NCBI GenBank assembly: GCA_964427175.1
Contig: CAYRTP010000001.1
Coordinates: forward strand, 7,836-71,835
DNA: 64,000 nt
Origin: an uncultured Clostridium sp.
Lineage (GTDB): Bacteria > Bacillota > Clostridia > Oscillospirales > CAG-272
Direction of reading: 5' to 3'
Shown piece by piece: positions 8,383 through 15,261 of this stretch. The number at the start of each line of letters is the position of its first letter. Positions within the stretch are counted from its first letter, which is position 1. The notes beneath the pieces are model-generated. The model was not told the origin of the DNA. It searched no databases and worked only from the letters and a program-made list of their open reading frames with translations. The translations under genes were made by a program, and so were the position numbers.

Positions 8383-10767
8383 TTATGTTTGATTATCTAT
8401 TAAAGACCCAATAAGTTGATTGGGCCGGTTCGCCCAGTAATTGCAATCGCAAACAATAACAATTTCTTTTATCGCACGAGAAATAGCTGTGTTCAAAACA
8501 GTACGGCCAATAGCTATTTTACTATTGCAAAAAAACGGTTGACTATCATCTACGGTGCTAATTATTACGGTTGTCCATTCAAGGCCCTGAGCTGCATGAA
8601 CCGTTTGTATAAGAGAGGGTGAGACATGCTTGCTTAGTTCTTTTTGCAAAAGAGATCGCTGTTTTCTATAAGGGGTCAAAATAACATAATCTTTTGGCAT
8701 GTTGGCATTAAGATATTCTTTTATTGCAACTGCTTCGTCCACACTCATACGTGAAGATGAAGACAGAACCTGATGAGGTGCATTGATTACAGTGATTTTT
8801 GTTGGGATATTGGTGCCAGAAAAACCGTTATGATAAACATGTTTATCCAAAATGGCCGCTAAATTATCACCGAATCGAAATGTATTTTTCAAAAAGGAAA
8901 TAGCAACATCTGGGTTCTTGATATCTCCACAACAAGCGTAGGTTTGAAACATTTCGTCAACGGTACAAGTAAATGAATCTGCAAAATATAGCGATGATTG
9001 TGCCCATAGAAAAACTGGCATATAATCGTAGTTTCTTTGTATTAAGTTGTCGTTCATCTCGCAAACAGGAGGAAGTTGTTTGTGATCACCACAAAGCGTG
9101 ATCGGGATTCGCAACGAGAAAACAACACCTGCCTTTATCAAAGGTAACAATGCGGCCTCGTCAATAAATGCGTGGTCAACTTGAATGGGAATATTTTGTG
9201 GATCTATAGTTAAAAACAGTGTTTCATAGTGAGCAAACAAATAATCTATTGTGCAAGCGTAGATTTTTTTCTGACTTTGTTGTTGCTGAACCATTTTACC
9301 AATATCAGCCAATTGATTTTCGTAATATTGTATATCTTCTTCAATCTGTTTTCTGTTTCGCCCATTTTTCAATTCTTCTAATTTGGAATTGAGTGCAGCG
9401 GATGACATTGACAAGGAAACATAGGACCCCAAAAATTGAATGGAAACAGATTTTGCTTTTTCAAGGTATTCTGATGCACTAACCTGTAATGAGTTTATAA
9501 TGTCAGATAAGTGTTGTTCCTGTTGTGTCGCTTCAGAATATTCTTCGTTAATTTGCAGTATCAAAGTTTCAATTTGATCAACCTTAGTCTGCGCCTCCGA
9601 TACATCACGCAAATACTTACTTTTGTAATCTTTATCGAAGCGCATTTTAGTATGATGTTTCATAGAAATATTGCGTTGCTTTAATTTGCTCAATATAACG
9701 TTTTCGTTGCGTAACAAAATTTTGGATTCTGTCAAACGATTATTTATATCAGTAAGCCGAGGCTGCAATGCAGACAAATCGTCTTTATGCTTGGCGGCCT
9801 CTGCGAGTTGTTTTTCATAATGCTGTTTATATTCAAAAAAACTCTCGATTTTTTGTATCTGCAAATCAACTTCTGAACAAGACAGCAAAAACTCCTGACA
9901 GCTTTTTAATTTTTCTTCATACGATTTTCGCATTTTCTCCATTGCCGATCCGCAACACACCTGCGGATAATTACGTTCAAAAGGAATTGTGGGAATTCCA
10001 TACCGAATAACCTGAGTGACGGGTTCATTGTGATCTTCCATTACGCTCAGTATGGTTTGCAAAGAATTATCCAACGCATTATTAGTCGGAGCGACGATCA
10101 GAACCTTTTTGTCGTGACATATTAAATTTAAAACTGCGTGGGCTAATGTCCATGTTTTACCTGTGCCAGGAGGCCCCCAAATATAGCTGACAGGGGAGGA
10201 AAGAATAGAGCGAACCGCTTGTTTTTGAGGATCAGACAGGGAAGAAAGCAGAGATTCATTTTCAAGGCAATCAGAAAAAGGGTGAGGAGGAGAAGATATT
10301 TTATCTCCATAGGCATCATACCATGAGCCAACTTTGTCAATTAAAAATGTCATGTCAGAAATAAAGCTAACCCTTTCGGGATGTAAAGTTAAGTACGTTT
10401 GAAAAACATCCAGTAAGGTATTATCGTTTACAATAATTGTTAGTTGTCGCTCCTGATGCAAATAAGTTGAGAACGTAACAAATTCATGTTTGATATAATG
10501 CTTTGAAATATCATCATAATAAGATTCAGGCAACATATATTCACTGTCAAGGTTAATGCAAAGTGCTTCCGAATCAAACGAATGAAAAGAAGTGCGATGC
10601 TCCAAATGCAGAACAAAAGACCGAGGTAAATAGCCTTTGGTTATAGCTGTAACTCTTGTGACAATTTGACTCTTTCCATTTTGTTGACAATATTTCTTGT
10701 ATATATTACAGCTATCTATCGCTTCAAATACAAACTCTTGTACACTTGACATGACAAACACCTTCAC
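8383..10767 (-). CDS. SF1B (Upf1/DNA2-like, AAA_11/AAA_12-type) helicase with an unassigned N-terminal domain
   Basis: 794 aa. Motifs GPPGTGKT (aa 198-205), VAPTNNA, FIDEAA (aa 534-539), CGDHKQLPPV, TPYRKQ, TVHAAQGLEW and NTAISRA. AT-rich. GTG start at 10767 or ATG at 10752. Confidence 0.85.
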   Translation of the reverse strand: MKVFVMSSVQEFVFEAIDSCNIYKKYCQQNGKSQIVTRVTAITKGYLPRSFVLHLEHRTSFHSFDSEALCINLDSEYMLPESYYDDISKHYIKHEFVTFSTYLHQERQLTIIVNDNTLLDVFQTYLTLHPERVSFISDMTFLIDKVGSWYDAYGDKISSPPHPFSDCLENESLLSSLSDPQKQAVRSILSSPVSYIWGPPGTGKTWTLAHAVLNLICHDKKVLIVAPTNNALDNSLQTILSVMEDHNEPVTQVIRYGIPTIPFERNYPQVCCGSAMEKMRKSYEEKLKSCQEFLLSCSEVDLQIQKIESFFEYKQHYEKQLAEAAKHKDDLSALQPRLTDINNRLTESKILLRNENVILSKLKQRNISMKHHTKMRFDKDYKSKYLRDVSEAQTKVDQIETLILQINEEYSEATQQEQHLSDIINSLQVSASEYLEKAKSVSIQFLGSYVSLSMSSAALNSKLEELKNGRNRKQIEEDIQYYENQLADIGKMVQQQQSQKKIYACTIDYLFAHYETLFLTIDPQNIPIQVDHAFIDEAALLPLIKAGVVFSLRIPITLCGDHKQLPPVCEMNDNLIQRNYDYMPVFLWAQSSLYFADSFTCTVDEMFQTYACCGDIKNPDVAISFLKNTFRFGDNLAAILDKHVYHNGFSGTNIPTKITVINAPHQVLSSSSRMSVDEAVAIKEYLNANMPKDYVILTPYRKQRSLLQKELSKHVSPSLIQTVHAAQGLEWTTVIISTVDDSQPFFCNSKIAIGRTVLNTAISRAIKEIVIVCDCNYWANRPNQLIGSLIDNQT

Positions 10768-11037
10768 TTAATAATATTTTGGGGGACTACTTTTTTCCGC
10801 CTCCGCCTCGCACTCCTCCACCGGCTTATTGATAAACAAGTGGCTCCGCCGGATGTGTTCCAGCTCGTGCTTATAGGCGCGGCGTTGTTCCTCGAGGGAC
10901 AAATTCTCGTTGACGTAGATGTTGAAGTCACCGTTGTCATCCACTACGGTGACGGCGTTGACGCGGGCGGGGAGCGGTGCGAGGCGCAGGATCTCATGTT
11001 CCATCCCCGCCGTTCTTCTATGGGACAGAGAAAACAA
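10768..11037 (-). CDS. Small ImmA/IrrE-like HExxH metallopeptidase-motif protein
   Basis: 89 aa with the segment FNIYVNENLSLEEQRRAYKHELEHIRRSH. Native GC. TTG start at 11037 or ATG at 11004. Its stop abuts the helicase start. Confidence 0.6.
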   Translation of the reverse strand: MFSLSHRRTAGMEHEILRLAPLPARVNAVTVVDDNGDFNIYVNENLSLEEQRRAYKHELEHIRRSHLFINKPVEECEAEAEKSSPPKYY

Positions 11038-11042
11038 AAGAT

Positions 11043-12086
11043 TTAGCGTTCAAACGGATAATAATAATCAAACAATTTAAAATCAGAACTATCATATTCG
11101 TACATCCAAGCAAGATCATCGTTATCTGTTCCCCCTATTTCTTCCAAACGAGAAACGGAGAAAAAATCTTCAAACATTTCGACAAGCGCATCGCAGTAGT
11201 CAATTATCAGATTAAAAAGATGATCGACATAAAATCGTTGAGCCTCCGAAGGAGACTTAATTGAAACATTTTCCCTATTTGCATATATTTTCTCGTATTT
11301 AGTCGCCGAAAAGAAAACTGGGAGGAAAATCATATCAAAAAAATAGTTGCACCAAGTGGTTATAGTTTGCTCATCAAAATCAGTTCGGCCATAAGTAGTT
11401 GTTACCCATTCTTGAAAAGGCGGTGGATCTTCGTCAAAATATATTTCAAAAAAATATATATTTTGCATTAACTTAATATCTGAATTAAGGTTTGTCGCAT
11501 CTAAATTTTCATTAAATCCGCAAAGTAAAAACAATTTTTCCAATGATTTGTTTACAGACCTTGATACTTCTTGAAGTTGTCCATTGTATTTAAATGAGAT
11601 GTGAGTAGCTACACGCAACAGAAGGGCCGCTAAATTAACAGAAAAATGAGGAGAGACATCGAAACCGGGGAAATCTTCTAAAGTAATTTTTAAAATCTCA
11701 GTTGCAGTTTCATGCCATTTTTTTGTAATGCAAACAACATACTCAAGGTACGGGGCCTTTATACTATTAACATAATCGTCGAAGTTGTCTTTAACAAAAC
11801 GAGCTTTGGGAGGGTTAAATGAGCGATCATAAATAAACCGCTTGTTTCTTTCAATTTCGCACAACTCCTGCTCTTTCCTTTTTATTTCCTCTCTTAATTG
11901 AGCCTCAATCTCGCTGTGTCTCTTTTCCACTTCTGCAATTTCATCTCGCTTTTGCTGTTCTCGTGCTTCAGCAGCTTCGCGCTCCATACGTTCTTTTTCT
12001 GATACATAGTTGGAATACCAAATTGCAAAATAACATACTCCTAGAACAAGTGCTATACCAAAAACAATCTTCAAAAAAGTGTCCAT
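11043..12086 (-). CDS. Hypothetical membrane-anchored coiled-coil protein
   Basis: 347 aa. N-terminal TM helix (IVFGIALVLGVCYFAIW), an E/R/K-rich coiled coil, and an acidic/aromatic C-terminal domain. AT-rich. Confidence 0.7.
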   Translation of the reverse strand: MDTFLKIVFGIALVLGVCYFAIWYSNYVSEKERMEREAAEAREQQKRDEIAEVEKRHSEIEAQLREEIKRKEQELCEIERNKRFIYDRSFNPPKARFVKDNFDDYVNSIKAPYLEYVVCITKKWHETATEILKITLEDFPGFDVSPHFSVNLAALLLRVATHISFKYNGQLQEVSRSVNKSLEKLFLLCGFNENLDATNLNSDIKLMQNIYFFEIYFDEDPPPFQEWVTTTYGRTDFDEQTITTWCNYFFDMIFLPVFFSATKYEKIYANRENVSIKSPSEAQRFYVDHLFNLIIDYCDALVEMFEDFFSVSRLEEIGGTDNDDLAWMYEYDSSDFKLFDYYYPFER

Positions 12087-12119
12087 AGTTCACAGCCCCT
12101 AACCATACTCCATTATTTT

Positions 12120-12752
12120 TCAAAAATTCTTGATCAACTTCCGCACCACTCCGACCACTCTCACCCGCATAATATCCGCCCCGGTGAACCGCATGGGCTT
12201 ATAGTACGGGTTGATGGACTGGAGCTCCAGCCAGCCGTCGCCGTACACCACGCGCTTAACCAGGCCCTCGTCGCCGTCCAGCAGGACTACGGCGATGGTG
12301 CCGCTGTCCACGGAGTCCTGCTTGTGGACCTGGATGATGTCGCCGTCCTCGATCTTGGGGTACATGCTGTCTCCCTTGACCTTGATGCAGATGGTTTCGG
12401 CGGCCTCGCCCGGGTCGGTGAAGTACAGGGGGGTATAATCCACGATGCAGTCGTCGGCGATGGCACCGAAGCCCGCGGACACGGTCTCAAAGACCGGGAT
12501 CTCGTAGACCCGGCTCATATCCAGGAATACTGCGTTCGGCTTGATGTCGGGCGTTTTTTTCTGCTCGTTTCCCAACAGGTAATCGACGGTTACTCCGAAG
12601 TAGTCGGCGATTTTTTGAAGAGTAGTTCCATTTGGAATGGTGCCGTTCTTCCATTTCGTAATGCTTCCGGTAGCGATGGACAGTTCTTTCACCACAGGGA
12701 GCGGTTTCGTGCCTTTCTCAAGACACAGGCTATAAAATCTTTCCCAAAACAT
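12120..12752 (-). CDS. CI/LexA-type phage repressor (XRE HTH + S24 peptidase)
   Basis: N-terminal HTH (KELSIATGSITKWKNG). C-terminal S24 motifs KGDSMYP and VVGVVRKL (Ser/Lys dyad). Confidence 0.9.
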   Translation of the reverse strand: MFWERFYSLCLEKGTKPLPVVKELSIATGSITKWKNGTIPNGTTLQKIADYFGVTVDYLLGNEQKKTPDIKPNAVFLDMSRVYEIPVFETVSAGFGAIADDCIVDYTPLYFTDPGEAAETICIKVKGDSMYPKIEDGDIIQVHKQDSVDSGTIAVVLLDGDEGLVKRVVYGDGWLELQSINPYYKPMRFTGADIMRVRVVGVVRKLIKNF

Positions 12753-12835
12753 AGTTACTCCTTTCTAAAATGCACTAAAATGAATATTTTGGTTTGTTTA
12801 AGATTTACAAAGTTCAAAAAAGTGAATAAAAACTA

Positions 12836-12864
12836 TTGACAATTCACCAAAGTGGAGTTATAAT
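12836..12864 (+). promoter_or_regulatory. Consensus early promoter divergent from the repressor
   Basis: TTGACA (12836-12841), 17 nt, TATAAT (12859-12864). The GTGAAT...ATTCAC dyad overlaps the -35 element. Confidence 0.7.
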
Positions 12865-13137
12865 AACACCATCACCCCCGCCGAGTGCCCCCGAGTAATC
12901 CGATGGTACTTAACCACCGCAGCAAGCCGATGGTTCATACGCCATCGTATCGCACCACTCCGGCGAGAAGGCCGCCCCACAGTTCCGTCTGTGCCGGGCT
13001 GCCGAAAATCAGCCGTCCGTGGCAGGGGGTGAGACTCTTGCTCCCGCCCCGTTCAGGGATGTCCTCCTGGAAGATTGCCCCCGCCCCCGGCGGGGGAATC
13101 TTCGGGGCGGGAGGGTTCTAAAAACACGGAGAGACAA
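12865..13137 (+). promoter_or_regulatory. About 270-nt GC-rich structured 5' leader (non-coding)
   Basis: No credible ORF. Several hairpins (CGATGG..CCATCG, CACAG..CTGTG, GGCTG..CAGCC). Contains copy A of the conserved element. Confidence 0.45.
13061..13130 (+). ncRNA. Conserved RNA hairpin element, copy A
   Basis: TCCTGGA, then hairpin (GATTgCCCCCGCC/GGCGGGGGAATC), then TTCGGGGCGGGAGGGT..ACACGGA. The 24-nt block 13093-13116 is identical to 14013-14036. Confidence 0.5.
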
Positions 13138-13461
13138 ATGGAGCTTGAAAGAATCACCTATCATGGTGAAGAATACCGCGTACAGCCGATCAATGTTCTT
13201 ACGGGCTACCCGGAGAGATACGTAAAAGGGAAGACCGACGAGGAGAATCAAAAATTCTTCGATTCCATCGAAACGGCACTCGCAGAGTTCATGTACTTGC
13301 ACCTGCTCGAAGCCGGAGCGGTAGAAAGAACCGACACGGTAGATGAGCGCGGGGGAACGAACATTGAGTGCGACGTGCTGGTGCTGGTCAAGTGCCGGGA
13401 TTCGGAGGGAGCGGCTCCCTCGGATCCAAAACCGAATCCTCCTGATACTCATGATACATGA
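13138..13461 (+). CDS. Hypothetical 107-aa protein
   Basis: ATG at 13138 after GGAGAG. The first two thirds look protein-like. The 3' end overlaps the convergent ORF 13388-13636. Confidence 0.45.
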   Translation: MELERITYHGEEYRVQPINVLTGYPERYVKGKTDEENQKFFDSIETALAEFMYLHLLEAGAVERTDTVDERGGTNIECDVLVLVKCRDSEGAAPSDPKPNPPDTHDT

Positions 13462-13636
13462 GATACTCAATCAGATACTTTCGGCATTGCTTGCACGGAG
13501 CGGAATACGCGAAAACGTCGCAGCCCTGCGGATCGGGCAAGGGGCCTCTGGGGGTCTCAAAGAGACAGACCAAATGGGACTTGACCTCACGGTAGTTCTC
13601 ACGCGGGCAACGAACTCGGACTTTGATCTGATTCAT
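13388..13636 (-). CDS. Hypothetical Cys-containing 82-aa protein
   Basis: Its start overlaps the stop of the upstream XRE gene (ATGA), which suggests translational coupling. Cys pattern CP..C..C..CKQC. Confidence 0.55.
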   Translation of the reverse strand: MNQIKVRVRCPRENYREVKSHLVCLFETPRGPLPDPQGCDVFAYSAPCKQCRKYLIEYLMYHEYQEDSVLDPREPLPPNPGT

Positions 13637-13893
13637 GAGGATTCACCCCCTCTCTTATGAGCCTCGGGATCGTCAGTCCGTCCCAGCAGATAGTCCACCG
13701 AGCAGTCGAGGTAATCGGCGATGCGGGCGAGGCTGTCGAAGGCGAGAGACTTCCCGTGGTAAAGAGCGGACATGGTATTACTACCAAGATTCAATTCGGC
13801 AAGCATAGTGCCGAGCACGACGTTCTTTTTCTTGGCGAACTCTTTTATAGTAATCGCCAAATCGTGCGAAGTGTACAGTTTTTCAGTTGTCAT
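13633..13893 (-). CDS. XRE-family HTH regulator (second repressor-like protein)
   Basis: 86 aa. HTH GTMLAELNLGSNTMSALYHG and the typical C-terminal tail DCSVDYLLGRTD. Confidence 0.85.
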   Translation of the reverse strand: MTTEKLYTSHDLAITIKEFAKKKNVVLGTMLAELNLGSNTMSALYHGKSLAFDSLARIADYLDCSVDYLLGRTDDPEAHKRGGESS

Positions 13894-13958
13894 TTTGTAA
13901 ATACCTCCAAAATTCGCAAAATAGTGCGAAATCTATTGACAATCGCACAAAAGTGCGA
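13854..13958. promoter_or_regulatory. Three operator-like dyads TCGCnn-N4-GTGCGA
   Basis: 13854-13869 TCGCCAAATCGTGCGA; 13914-13929 TCGCAAAATAGTGCGA; 13943-13958 TCGCACAAAAGTGCGA. The last is a perfect dyad filling the spacer of the 13936 promoter. Confidence 0.6.
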
Positions 13959-13964
13959 TATAAT
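13936..13964 (+). promoter_or_regulatory. Consensus early promoter divergent from the XRE gene
   Basis: TTGACA (13936-13941), 17 nt, TATAAT (13959-13964). Confidence 0.7.
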
Positions 13965-13973
13965 GAGCACATC

Positions 13974-14052
13974 GTTCTCCTGGATTCCCCCGAGACCCGC
14001 TGCAGAGGGCTCGGGGAATCTTCGGGGCGGGAGGGTGTAACATACACGGACT
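13974..14052 (+). ncRNA. Conserved RNA hairpin element, copy B
   Basis: TCCTGGA, then a longer hairpin (GATTCCCCcGAGaCCC/GGGCTCGGGGAATC), then TTCGGGGCGGGAGGGT..ACACGGA. It starts about 10 nt after the predicted transcription start. Confidence 0.5.
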
Positions 14053-14088
14053 ATAATATAGGAAGGGAAATGGGAATGGAGCAAGTTA

Positions 14089-14538
14089 TTAAAAGTCGAA
14101 GGCGACCTCCCCGGCGAGGTAGTCCCGTCGCAGTTCGGTTAGATAAGGGGGTAGAGCTGACGCGGTTTGTTCACAGAGTTTCTCCAGTTTTATCAACACT
14201 GGATTCAGAAGCCGCAAAGCGTCTCCCTCCAGATCACAATCGTTTACCCCGAAATCCATCGCGCAATATAGACAAAATATTTCCTCCGGGGTCAGCGGCT
14301 CCGGTATTAAGACCGAAAAGAAGACCTTACGGGTCGCCGAGATTAACAGGTCGGTCACGTAGTCCTCGTCAAGCCAGGACGGAAACGGACGAGAAAAAGG
14401 ACGGTAATACGGATCAGTCGTCCAAATCGGAATTTTTTGTTCGAGGTCTAAAAAGTTCCGGCACGCCTCGCGGACAAGCTGCGCTTCAAATTGAGAAAAG
14501 AAACAGAAAGCGGGTTGGGCAGATGGGGTGGCATTCAT
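14089..14538 (-). CDS. Hypothetical 149-aa protein, leftward gene embedded in the rightward early region
   Basis: ATG at 14538 after TTGGAGG. Protein-like composition and its own consensus promoter. GC is lower than the phage average. Confidence 0.65.
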   Translation of the reverse strand: MNATPSAQPAFCFFSQFEAQLVREACRNFLDLEQKIPIWTTDPYYRPFSRPFPSWLDEDYVTDLLISATRKVFFSVLIPEPLTPEEIFCLYCAMDFGVNDCDLEGDALRLLNPVLIKLEKLCEQTASALPPYLTELRRDYLAGEVAFDF

Positions 14539-14612
14539 AAAAACCTCCAATCGTGTAAAGAACACGGTACAAGCGTCAAAAATTGACCGAAAACGGTTCG
14601 GTCTCCAAAAAA

Positions 14613-14641
14613 ATTATATCATAAAAACCTTGTATAGTCAA
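14613..14641 (-). promoter_or_regulatory. Consensus promoter for the 149-aa gene
   Basis: Minus strand: TTGACT (14641-14636), 17 nt, TATAAT (14618-14613). Confidence 0.65.
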
Positions 14642-14657
14642 GGGGAAGGAGTCAAAA

Positions 14658-15038
14658 ATGGAAAAAAACACATTCAAGGAGCGGTGTGAGGTACGCATGG
14701 CAGCTCTTGGCCTGGGGCAGAAGGAGCTGGGAGAACTGGTGGGCAAACCCCAGCAGAGGATCAACGAGGCCATCCGCGGAGACAAGACCCCCGCCGCCTC
14801 GTCCCTGCGGGTCGCTATCGACCAGGCATTGAGCAGAAAGGTGGACGAGAAGCGCGTCAAAATGCTCGACGATGTCCTCGACGTGCTGGAGCAGGACGAA
14901 GCCAAGGTCTGGAACCCGGCGGAAGTATCGCTGATCCTGCCCGAGGACCTGCTCTACGTCGTCACCGAGCGGGGGATTCCCGTCGGTACCTGGAACCCCG
15001 TGACCAAGGTCTATCGGGCGTTTGAGGAGGTGTGGTGA
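14658..15038 (+). CDS. XRE-family HTH protein (Cro-like early regulator)
   Basis: 126 aa. HTH GQKELGELVGKPQQRINEAIRG. RBS GGGGAAGGAG. Confidence 0.75.
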   Translation: MEKNTFKERCEVRMAALGLGQKELGELVGKPQQRINEAIRGDKTPAASSLRVAIDQALSRKVDEKRVKMLDDVLDVLEQDEAKVWNPAEVSLILPEDLLYVVTERGIPVGTWNPVTKVYRAFEEVW

Positions 15039-15039
15039 C

Positions 15040-15261
15040 ATGAAAAAAGGCGACTACGTCCGCGTGAGCGGTATTGAGTACGGAAGCTACGACGGCGAGA
15101 TCGGCCGCGTCTACGGCGACATTGCCCCCGTCAGGGGCAAGCCCGCCTGGGCTGTGGACATGGGAGACGTGGTGATCGCGGCTCTGGAGGAGGATATGAC
15201 CGTGGTGGACAACCCCAAGTCCCGCAAGCTCCCCCGCAAGGACAAGGAGGTGCGCGCATGA
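15040..15261 (+). CDS. Hypothetical protein
   Basis: 73 aa. The ATG overlaps the upstream stop (TGACATG). Confidence 0.55.
   Translation: MKKGDYVRVSGIEYGSYDGEIGRVYGDIAPVRGKPAWAVDMGDVVIAALEEDMTVVDNPKSRKLPRKDKEVRA

Noticed and set aside
12885-13121. 78-aa ORF inside the structured leader
   Set aside because: It is Pro/Arg-rich, has no RBS and has a non-ATG start. The region is better explained by RNA structure, and the conserved element shows covariation rather than codon conservation.
13887-14540. 217-aa + strand ORF downstream of the 13936 promoter
   Set aside because: The translation is R/P/S-rich and junk-like. It fully overlaps the better-supported minus-strand 149-aa gene, which has its own promoter and RBS. 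I treat the + strand here as non-coding or antisense RNA.
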